DNA from: Tubulanus polymorphus
Lineage: Eukaryota; Animalia; Nemertea
Assembly: GCF_964204645.1 (NCBI RefSeq)
Contig: NC_134027.1
Span: forward strand, 7,782,485-7,846,484
DNA: 64,000 nucleotides
Direction of reading: 5' to 3'
The notes below the pieces were generated by a model. That model saw nothing but the letters and a program-made list of their open reading frames with translations, searched no databases and was not told where the DNA came from. The translations under genes and the position numbers were made by a program. How positions within the stretch are numbered: position 1 is the stretch's first letter; each line of letters opens with the position of its first letter. Shown one piece after another: positions 27,396 to 37,770 of the stretch.

Positions 27396-30130
27396 GCAGA
27401 CGACACATTACACACAATTCTCGTCTGTCATATCAGAAACTGTACAGTCGAAAAACCAACAATCACATGGGTCGAGCCCAACGCGCACGACGCACGGAAA
27501 CACGAGACAGACATATGTTTTCGAGCGTTTCCCTGCGCCGTGCGCGCTAGGCCTAAAAATGAAATGAAGTATTGCCTAGCCTGCTCTGCTTCACTGTAGC
27601 AGTGTTGGAAATTAGGATTAGGGTTGAATTTTACTCATGTAATTCAAGATGTATGGTTATTGAATTAACAAGAAAACTAACATGAATGTTTATTGGCGCC
27701 TTGAAAAATAACAGAATATATTGCGTAATATTGTCGACAATGAATAATATAATGTAAATTATATGCGATTTATATTCAGGATCGACGAAGTTATTTTGGA
27801 TTTGAATATATCGATCATTGCACTGAATCGGCCGGCAACCAGTCTAGCCCAAATGTATGACGTAGTGGATGGACATCCTTTCAAAAACAAAAAATAATTG
27901 TTGAAATTTATCAAAAAGATAAGGGTTATTAAATATTTTCGATTACAAAATAAGCGCCAAAATTCACAATTGTGATTGTAGTTTTAAAATTGTTATTTTG
28001 TAACGCCAATATTGATGACGTAGTGCACATCGACTCACGCAGAACCCCTAATATATAACGTATACTAGGTATATAAATATTATTGTAACGGTTTTTACGG
28101 CGTCAAAAAACTTACTGAAAACTTAGTCAGTAAATTCAGAGTGAAGTGTAACGACACGGCCATCGCTACTTATGACGCAAGTATGACGACGTTATTGATT
28201 TAAAAAAGGCTCCTGAGTTCAACCGTTTTTCGAGTGAACCCATGACTACCGCGGATCCTATAGGTTCTATGAAAACTAACCGAGTTAAAAGGGTGCTGGT
28301 TCACAAATCTCGTGCACTACCGACTAGTTTTCCCGCGCGAGAGGTTGCCCTCAACGTGAACTGCGTATGACTTTTCGATCATCTAGATATGTACATTCTG
28401 CAAAAAGACGTTTCAGTTTGATCTTCTGAAAATGATTTGTAATCGGCGATGTAGTGGTTTATTTTTTACTGATGTCGCCTCCTTTAATTGAATGACTGAA
28501 ACTTCATGTTCGCGCTTGTCGTTCCTCTTTAAAACATTTATGATAATGCCCTATTGCAGTGACAATAATCAACCCAGTGATACAAAAGTGATAACAAATT
28601 AGAATTGATGTGTCGACTATTCATGACTATTCTATCGCAAAATCGGTTCAATTCCAGTTATCTAGCTATGAGCCCTAGGGTCTTCAGTTAAACAACTCGA
28701 AGTCCCACATTCAAAATATTCTTATCAAACAATATACGGTAATTTAGAATGCAACCTTAAAAAAATCCATCGTCGCTCAAACTATGGCTGTCCCGACATC
28801 GACCCTGGTGCGCTGTGTTTCTTCATTCAGTGCATGTAATAACTCTGTAATGTCCTTTGGGGGAAATCTTCATTCTTTTTTATATAATTTGAATTATGTT
28901 CGTTCTTTTCACGCTAATTCTCGGTTGTGTCTCAGAAGAAAAGAGTGCGCTTCATCATTCTGTGTAATGTTTCCATTTTGAAAGAATGTATTTCAATCTT
29001 GTTTTAATGCTTTCATTGATGAATCGGTTGCAGCGATGTTTTAGAATCTCTCTGTAGACAAAAACCGTGGTCGCAATAAATATGATATAGTAGTGAATGA
29101 ATCGATTGAAATAATGTACCCGTTATACATGTATACATGTATTTTATAATAAAAAATATAATTTATATATTTTTTCTAGTAAGCAAACGTACATTGTTCT
29201 CGTTCTCTTGCGGGCTTCTTATTTTTTCAATCTCTTGTTTCAATTGAAATGCCGCAGGCTGGTTCGCTCCCTCTCGATCGTCGGAACTACTTAACTGTTG
29301 AAGTTGAATACATTTTGCGTTGTAAATCTATTCGTATGAAAACGCCCGTGATGAAATCGGATTTGTTGTAAGTCCATATCAGTTTGCCACGACAGTTGAA
29401 AATGGTGAGACTTTAATCACGCTATTGTTTACTGGCTTTATACTTCAGTAAGGCACTAACTTCATCTTCACCTTTCGAAGGATTCGAACCCACTCAGCTA
29501 AAGTTCCCCGAACGTCGGTGGAAGCGAGTTCGGGGAGCGATACCGGACCCCCGGCAAGCGAGGATGCACTAACTTAACGGTAAATACGATGCACTATGAC
29601 GTCACGTGAATATCTTCTGGACACATCTTATCTTAATCAAATAATTACTCCAAGGTAACAACGTAAACATGTGAAGAGACTGGCGCTGCTATCCAACTTC
29701 ATGAGATATTTGTTGGCCAAGTACCGACTACATATATACTTAATGTCCTATCCCACAAAATGATCTGTAGAATAAATAGTTGTTGCGAGCGCTGTCGAGA
29801 ATCCGCACACGGTTATACGAACGTAGATTGAGAAAGTAGATTTTTCAAATTCAGTACACTCGGTAAATGTCAATATTTCTTCGAACTTATCTCAATTGTG
29901 AGGAAATATCGTCGAAAAGAGGATACGAAAATATTCACGCGCGTTTTAATATTTAAAGCGAACACAGAAGAATGATAAGAGATAAATAGAATAACGAAGA
30001 AGTAAATTTACCAAAACTAATGTCGTTACAGGGCAATTAATCATGTGGTATGTGAAACGGCTGACACGTTTCTGATTCGATAAAACTTTTCATTCGAACT
30101 GGCTCCACCAGTAGTTACCAGACTCCCAGA

Positions 30131-30408
30131 CGAATTTTATCGAAATGTACTCAATTCTGAGTACCTCTTCAAGTATGGTACTCTCGGCACATTTATCTAA
30201 GGGTATACTCAATTTTGGGTACTGTATTTGCCTTACCACGCTCAACAGCATGTTAATAGCTAATAGAAAAATGGCGGCCACCGATACGCAATTCGGCTAT
30301 ATTCGTTGCAATCATTTTACCTCATTTATCCACAAAAGATACTCAGGTTTGAGTACCCTAAACTTGTCTAGTACCGTAACCGGAATAAGGGGGTGTTTTG
30401 ATAAATTC
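30131..30408. mobile_element. Degenerate MITE-like element
   Basis: Imperfect inverted ends GAATTTTATCGAAA and TTTTGATAAATTC, plus internal TACTCA..TGAGTA palindromes. Confidence 0.35.
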
Positions 30409-31663
30409 TCCTCCATTTTGGTGCTATAGAAAGCTAGAAATAAAGCCCTGCGCTGTGGAAGCCGGTTTAACCGTAATTTCCGCTGGGAGCTGGTTTAATG
30501 GCTCCTTGTAGTTTTAACCCTCGCGTTCAGTTAATCTGTCGAATCCTCCACTAGCGTGTTATACGGCATTGACTACCTTTAGATCATACTCGATTGATTA
30601 TGAACCAATATACCCATAGGTTTGGTAGCTGTCAATCCCCGCAATGTTTATGAAAATCTGAGATGATTCTAGAAAACTGGTAGAAACGGTACGTGATGGT
30701 GCGCGTTCTCGTTCATGTATTAATTGTGTCTGCAATTTAAGTATTTTTTGAACTTTAAAAAAAATAATTACCGATTAGGAGCTATGGGAATTGTTACGTG
30801 CATGTTTTCCGATCTGGCATTTGGTATCCGTAAATCTATCTCACGCTGTTCATGGTGTGAATGAAAAACTAGATATTCCCGTCAGTCGTTTTGGTATCGT
30901 TTTGGGATTTGAGTGACGGATTATGCGAATCATATCGTGCTGTGACGGGCTATTGTGTACGCTTCCGCTAAAACCTTCACATCGACCTAGACCTTCAGAA
31001 TTACATTTGAGAAATGCGAACGTAAATTGCCTAAATGATATGTTTACATAATGTTTCAACTACTGATCGATGGAACGATAGAATATGCGAAAGAAATTAA
31101 GTATATTGGAGAAAAATACGTCAGCTTTCTCCTAGGTTCTGTAAATGGGATTGTTTTTTATCAAATGATTCTTCATCTACGTAAGAAAATTTGCACGAAT
31201 GGTTTGATCTGGTTGCGTGTTCACCAGGACCATAGCCATGACCTCATCACAAATCAAGTACTGGTCGCTTGATTGAATTTCTTGTTCACCACCTGGGTAA
31301 CTTTTTAAATGGCACACCTCTCTTCGCCGACACGACAACATTGCTAATGAATGAACTAATGGAGAATACGTTCGGGAGAGAATCCCTTGTTGGTAACAAA
31401 CCACCATTCCTAAGCTTGAACGAGTTCAACTAATTATGAGTGCACATAATGTCGGCTGAATTCAATGCAACATTAATTGCAGCATTTCTAAGGCAGGCAT
31501 ATAGACTGAGTATAAAAGTAAACCTGAAAGTTGAAACAATTCCGCTTTCCTAATTGGTGTTTAGGTTCTCCTGAAATCTTTTATAAAAATCATCAGTTTA
31601 TTTATTATCCTCCAATCCGGCTTAGAATAGTCGACAAACCATTCCCATCAACTCTGCAAAATA

Positions 31664-31870
31664 TAAAGAGGATCCCATAATTTATACATGTGATAATGAA
31701 AATATTCCGAAATGTTTCCTTGAGCTAGTAGTTTATTCAACATTTTGGCTACATCCTAATAATCTTCTTCGGGAATATGACTATTAGGATATAGCCGAAA
31801 CGTCGAATAAACTACTAGCTCAAAGAAAACATTTTCGGACTATTTCCGTTATTACCATGGGATTCTCTTT
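31664..31870. repeat. Imperfect palindrome of about 205 bp, possibly inverted Penelope-like terminal fragments
   Basis: Arm TTGAGCTAGTAGTTTATTCAACATTTTGGCTACATCCTAATA matches its inverted partner at 38/42; the match extends outward with an indel. Contains GCCGAAACGTCGAATAAA. Confidence 0.7.
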
Positions 31871-32178
31871 ACATCATCGTCACAACACGGATATGATGTC
31901 CTATAAATGGTAAACTCTGAGAAATGTATAAGATCCAAACTTACTCTCGACAAAGACAATAGTTCCGTAGAAACCGCATATTTATTGAATTTTCAGCTGT
32001 AATTCAAACAGTGCAAAAAAGATCCACGTCCCCTTTTCGATTATGGCCGACATATATTCAAAAAATCAGTATATAAATAAACGAATTCTTATTCGACTTT
32101 CTAGATAACGCAACTGCATTGTATATTTCCATCCGAGAAAATTCAATTCAATAACATTACTATGTAGCTATCTCACAA

Positions 32179-32301
32179 CGGTCAGACTTGCCGAATAAGT
32201 AGCATGGATAATGATGTTTGAAATTAAATTCCATGAATGCATAGACATTGAATTGTAGAAATTGGGATAAATTGTGCATTACTTTTCGGCAGGTCTGACC
32301 G
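32179..32301. mobile_element. Small MITE-like inverted-repeat element
   Basis: CGGTCAGACTTGCCGAATAAGTA and TACTTTTCGGCAGGTCTGACCG are inverted copies with 2 differences. Confidence 0.5.
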
Positions 32302-32872
32302 AGCTGGATTTTATCCGCGCGGCTTACTAAAATTACATAGCGCTTTACCGAAAAGCAGTCCAGTTAACTTTGTACATTAGCTTATAGGTGCATTTAACAA
32401 AGAATCTTTCTTGAATATAGAATATGTATAATCGTTCGCATAACAAAAATACTTTTACTATGAAGAGCATCAGAGGATTTTCCAATCTTTAGTAAGTTTT
32501 AGAAGAGTTCTGTATACGGAGGAAGTTTTATGATTTTCCATTTCAAAGTTCAAACAAATGAAAGTTTTAGACGTAAACATTGAATTCCTAGCATATCGGA
32601 TTTAAGCATATTGTTTCATAGCCATGGATCGGTATATATTGAAAAACCAAGGCGAATGGAAGCAGTACTGTGAGGGACGACGAGAAACACGTTCAACTAA
32701 AGATTGTAGGCAGTTCATCCATGACTTCGAAACTCACAGTGAAATGATGAACGTAATCGGAACAGTAATCATATACTTCACTACCGGTAAGGCAATTACT
32801 AATGCATATTCAACAAAACAAGACATATTTACAGAGTTTGTCAACCATAAGCTCACATCGCAAATTATTGAA

Positions 32873-33129
32873 TTATTTTCCGGGGAATTCGGAGAAACGC
32901 TTTTTTCCACCAAGGAACTCGGAAAAACGCTTCTTGCCGCCTAAAAATTCGCTAAATCGCTTTTTGCCACCGAGAAATTCACTGAAACGCTTTTTCCCGC
33001 CTAGAAATTCACTGAACCGTTTCTTCTTTCCGCCCAAGAACTCACTGAACCGTTTCTTTCCACCCAAGAATTCGCTGAATCTCTTGTTGACGAAGCCGTG
33101 CAGTTTTTCGTGGACGTGGTCTGTAGAGT
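32873..33129 (-). CDS. EFLGamide / TRH-type neuropeptide exon (6x FSEFLGamide, 1x FSEFPamide); last exon of precursor isoform B, about 148 aa with the shared signal-peptide exon
   Basis: Acceptor TTTCTGACATTTATTTGTAG (an in-frame alternative AG lies 9 nt downstream), phase 1. Reads DSTDHVHEKLHGFVNKR-(FSEFLGG-KKR)x6-FSEFPGK*, with one linker being KKKR. FSEFLGamide is the known annelid (Platynereis) ligand of the TRH-receptor orthologue. Confidence 0.92.
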
Positions 33130-35674
33130 CTACAAATAAATGTCAGAAAACGATGTTTTACATTCGAACTCAGCCACAAGAATACGTTTCGATCGATCAG
33201 AAAATAATCAAAATGCAAAATGTTAAAATCGTTATGAGCAATATAAATACGTAAGAAATACATAATTTTCTCTAGAATTCGATCGATCGAAATGATTGTT
33301 GGAGGACAAAAGAAATGATATATGAAAATGTCTTGTCTACTAAAGATACTAATGGAGTATCGGTTTGAACATGCAATGTAAAGCAGACGAGCTGGTTAAT
33401 GCTGACGAATTTCTCATTTGAATGTTCACATTTTTCAAGGTGCGTTCGCACGTTGTGAGCAGCCAGATTTTTTCTTCACTAATGACTTACAACTACCGAA
33501 GAGAGAATGCATGAAATATGCACAAGGTGTAACGTTTATTCCGAAATGGAAGTGTTGCACCGAACATGAGATGCATTAGTGTTTCCCTATACTAACTTAT
33601 CACGAATATGCAAGAGATGAAAATCAGTACATACTTAACCCAAATGACCTTTTCTTGTTACATAAAGAAATATTCGAAAATATCATCGATTAACAGAATT
33701 GAAACAATAAAACTCAATGTTTAGATGATACATAATTGCATTGTAAACTAGGAATTGATTCCAAATCAAAATTCGACATGTTCTATCAACCGGAGCGCGG
33801 CGTATCAATACGCGTCCTCCACGTCAGAGCTGTTTGGCGCACGGCGACCAGCAATGCAAAGAGCTTCGCTGCCGGAAAAAAGCATTCAGTAGTTATTATG
33901 TCATAGTCTTTATAATGAAGAATCGTGGAAATCTATGCAATTTGTGTCAGCTTTTGGAATTTGAGCGATTTTGATTTGAAATAATCGGCCATAGTTTACA
34001 ACACTTTAACGCGGAATGAAGCATTCACCGTTTCCAGAAATGGTGCTTAGAATTTTTTGAATACCTAATGAATGCTTTCGACACCGACAAGAATCCACAG
34101 GCGGTGGCACATTAATTGATAGTATTACTTATACACAATGACTAAAAAGCATCAGATGTGAATCAAAACCACTTCAGAAAAATGCGACGCTCAGCAAGAT
34201 TCCAGGAAGGAGTTTATACACGGTTCCCAAAAAGAAACCTACAAATAAATATTTGATCATGAATGTGGCGAAAGAATTTGCTCCAATTCGCACAATAGCA
34301 ATTTTTCGGAAGTGATGTTGGATGGTGCTGGACAATTAACTGATGCTTCCTAGTTTCACCTCTTGATAGAATCATGGGTATGGGCAGATGGGAAATTATA
34401 CATAACCATATATTCAACAGTTACTGGAACACAACAAATTACTAGCGAACATAGACTGAATGTACAGATGAAACAAGTGATCTAATTGTTCGGAGTTTTA
34501 TTCGTCAAAATATTTTTACGGACTACAGGACCCCGTATTGTATGGCTGCTTTATAAATGTCGTCGTGATGGCGGGGCTGTTTTAATTCTATTCTAAAAGT
34601 CAAGATGATCAACTATTAAACTTACGTTAGACTTCCCTGAAAAGAGAATCAGTACAAATTTGCGTAGATTTGCCAAGCGATTGCCGTTTGAATGTTTGGC
34701 GTCAATCGGTGACATTTTCATCCGCGGTGCGGATGTAACTCCGCGTAATCATATTCAATATTAGACAGCACACGATTTAATGAATTTATTGAAATATGCT
34801 TTTCATATCGGGTATATGGATATAATTGATACTGAAAGTCTGATTGATTGGCATATTTGCTTTCCAAGTGGTCATTATATCGTGGCCGTGTCGTTTTTTC
34901 ATTAAAGCATGCAGGATTGAGAGCCGAGTATTGTTAGCGAATATTTGATAGGAGGACAAAACTGGGTGGAACGAACGCGATAGTCAATGGGAAGTTTAGC
35001 ACCTTGGGTATGTTCTGAAAAGGAAGGACGAAGAACGCAGCATTAACGACATTGGTTATACAGCGTTAAGTCTGAAAGAGAGCTAAAGTCATCTATTAGG
35101 GAGTAAAGAAAATACCCAGAATAAGCGTTGATTTCAACCATCTCAACAGCAACCTTAAAACCTTTGTAATCGAAGTTTTTAGTTTAGGATCTTGCCGGCC
35201 TATTAGAACACATTTGAAATGAATTGCATCTTCCATACATCTTTCACTTGCAGTGAGTATTCTACTATATTCTGAGTGCCATGACCCTAGTTAGGTCCTA
35301 TTGACCCGTGATTGATGATTGCTTTAGTTCTTAGCAGTCCTGTTGAGACGGTTTTTAATCGAGACTATAATGCAGTCGACCAATAGTGTTACTGAGATAG
35401 GAAAGAGAATGAAGTCATCGGACGATCAGTTGGATCGTCAATTACTGGAATAGAATTTAGGATATAGACATAAGGAGATAATAATCTATTCTACCATGTG
35501 ATTAGAGTAGGCTATATATGCGCGGATAGAGAAAGAATCGTCCCATGAGAAATGGAACTGCGATAGATCTACGACCTTCGTAGCGCTTTAGCGGTCATCT
35601 TGTATTAGCAGTTGATAGAACGGTTGTCTGTATACAAACCAAGGACTGACAGTATCCGGGAAGTTAGATAGTTA

Positions 35675-35717
35675 GACAGAGAGAGTTAGAGAGAGAGAGA
35701 GAGATAGAGAGAGGCAG
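35675..35717. repeat. GA-rich simple repeat
   Basis: (GA)n-rich tract, which is pyrimidine-rich on the gene strand, just downstream of the PxFI exon. Confidence 0.7.
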
Positions 35718-35745
35718 AGTCCGAGGCTTCAATGGTTACCTTCGA

Positions 35746-36188
35746 TTACATTGATTTTTTCTTTCCGGCATTCAGCAGAACTTTTCTATTTTGCGAAATA
35801 GAGCGTTTGCCAATGAAACCAGGTTTTCGTCGCTTGGCTTCGGCCGTTTTGGCGTAATCATTTTCTTCCGCATCAAACATGTTCTTTGTTTGTTGGGGCA
35901 CGCTCAAAAAATCATCGTCTTCACTCCCTCGTTTGCCGAGGAATGAAGGCCTCCTTTTACCGATAAACCCAGGGGTAGGACGCTTTCCTAAATAAGCAGG
36001 TCGCCCAGTTAATGAATGTGACCACCTATTTCCATAATAGTTTCCCAGAATTACGCCAACCCGTTTGCCTATGAAAGAAGGTTTTCGTCGTTTGCCGATA
36101 AAGCCGGGCCTCCGACGTTTGTCAATACTGTCTTCACTTCTTTTGCCGATAAAACTAGGTCTTCGTTCCGTAATCTGGATAGCGCCAT
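35746..36188 (-). CDS. PxFI/PxFV-amide (FVamide / Mytilus inhibitory peptide-like) neuropeptide exon; isoform A, about 210 aa
   Basis: Acceptor ..CCTAATATAG, phase 1. Seven G-KR-terminated peptides: RRPSFI, RRPGFI, RKPSFI, ..GRPAYL, PTPGFI, RPSFL, RKPGFI. Stop at 35748-35746. Confidence 0.9.
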
Positions 36189-36604
36189 CTATATTAGGGC
36201 AAGAAAATTTAATGAAGCAGCAGAACATTTATGCACTCAAGAATCATTCAACTCTCTGAATACAAATTTGATACAATTATGGGCAGATCGGGCGTATTTG
36301 GTTTCATTTAACATTCAACACGTTATCCATATGTAACGGCAGGGTAAATACAAACATTTATTTTTCTATCATCTCCAAACCATCAGAATTTTTGTGCGTG
36401 TACTTTTCAATAATACGTGAATGATACGATGCGTGAAACAGTTAAATTTTCTGTGAACAGACATATTTTGCAACGAGCGCACACGACAGATCGCGGTGTG
36501 TGTGCGTGTCTTTCAAAACATTAACATCATTAATGGTTGCGTGTAAGTGATGGCAATTTATATCGAAAACAATGAATCGTATTTTGAAAATCTGCGCTGC
36601 TTAC

Positions 36605-36794
36605 CGTCGTTATCGAGTTGGCCTTCGTTGATCATGTGGTCTAAATATCCCCTGTATAAATCGGATTCTAATCTGTGAAGTTCTTCATCGTCGGGACTCG
36701 AAATTTCTTCTGACGAAGTTGACGACGATACGATTGCTAGTTCAGCTACTAAAGCCAGCAACAGTACAACAAAAGCTTTATAACTGTGATTCAT
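36605..36794 (-). CDS. Shared signal-peptide exon of the neuropeptide gene
   Basis: MNHSYKAFVVLLLALVAELAIVSS followed by an acidic spacer. TTCCAG acceptor 2 nt before the ATG. Donor G|GTAAG is phase 1 and fits both downstream peptide exons. Confidence 0.9.
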
Positions 36795-36882
36795 TTCTGG
36801 AATGAGAAAACAATTATAAAAAGCGTTTGCCATTTCAACAAGACTAGTCACAGCAAGAACGCAGTTCATAACGTTAACCGAT

Positions 36883-37108
36883 CAGGGGAGTTTGATTCAG
36901 GAGGGGGGGATGTACACCCAAACTTTCATACAATTAAAAGGACATCCCGAAATAAAAACTTATCGGAAAACATTACAGAGAACAATAACATGAATCTAAA
37001 CTTTTTTAAGTATCAGTTTTACATCTTTTATTTTCATTGCAAATTGACCTTTTTTTAAAGAGGGGATGCGCATCCCCTGCTGCACCCACCCCCTTGTATC
37101 CACCCCTG
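36883..37108. mobile_element. hAT-like MITE remnant (CAGGGG...CCCCTG)
   Basis: CAGGGG start, G-rich subterminal run and GTATCCACCCCTG end, the same pattern as the copies at 57125 and 58344. Confidence 0.45.
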
Positions 37109-37593
37109 ATTAGCAATACGCTTGGTTTGAGGCCATGCTATTTAAATGTTAAACCTTATGCGCTTTGGGATGTCTCAATGGTTTATTCCAATATCACAAT
37201 TTATGTTTTCGCTTCAAGATACATATATCACCATAACAAAACCTTTCGATCCTAATATAACTTCTCCTTCAAGGCATTGAATCGACCATTTGCTGAATTC
37301 GCTGATTTGCCTTCGTTGGTTTAACATTTCTAGTATATGAATCGCCACTTCAAAAAATCACTTATTTTCTATCATTTCAAATAATAAGATAATGATTGGT
37401 CTCTCACCACCCGTGTTTTACTGATACATTCAATTAGCAATATTCTTTGAATAGACCCTATTTGAGTACCAATATATATCAGTGGAGTCAGAATTTTTAA
37501 AGTATAAAAAATGACGTTTGTTGTTTATCAAACAGCAATTTTAGCCACAGGCCTCAATTTGATCTCGACATTGAGACCGATTTTATGTTTAAC

Positions 37594-37770
37594 CTGGACC
37601 AACGCTGCAGGCATTCTGCAATACGATTTCAAACATTATTGAGAATGCTTCTTCCAATATGAAACGGTCGCGGCACAATGCCGGCGATAATTCAACAAAC
37701 ATGCACACTCGATAAGAAAATAGTTTTATATCATCGCTAAGTCAATAACATTTGTTTATCTGACGCACGT
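37594..37770 (-). promoter_or_regulatory. Candidate promoter and first exon of the neuropeptide gene
   Basis: TATAAAA at 37730-37724, CRE-like ACGTGCGTCA at about 37770-37761 and donor CAG|GTTAAA at 37594/37593. The upstream ATGs stay in frame with the ATG at 36794 after splicing. Confidence 0.35.

Noticed and set aside
29470-29500. GGATTCGAACCC B-box-like motif (also at about 58758) suggesting a tRNA
   Set aside because: No cloverleaf or matching A-box could be built; at most a SINE remnant.
32624-33254. Plus-strand ORFs of 106 and 150 aa with PPKNSLNRFF repeats
   Set aside because: Antisense shadows of the EFLGamide repeat exon; third-position variation preserves the minus-strand peptide.
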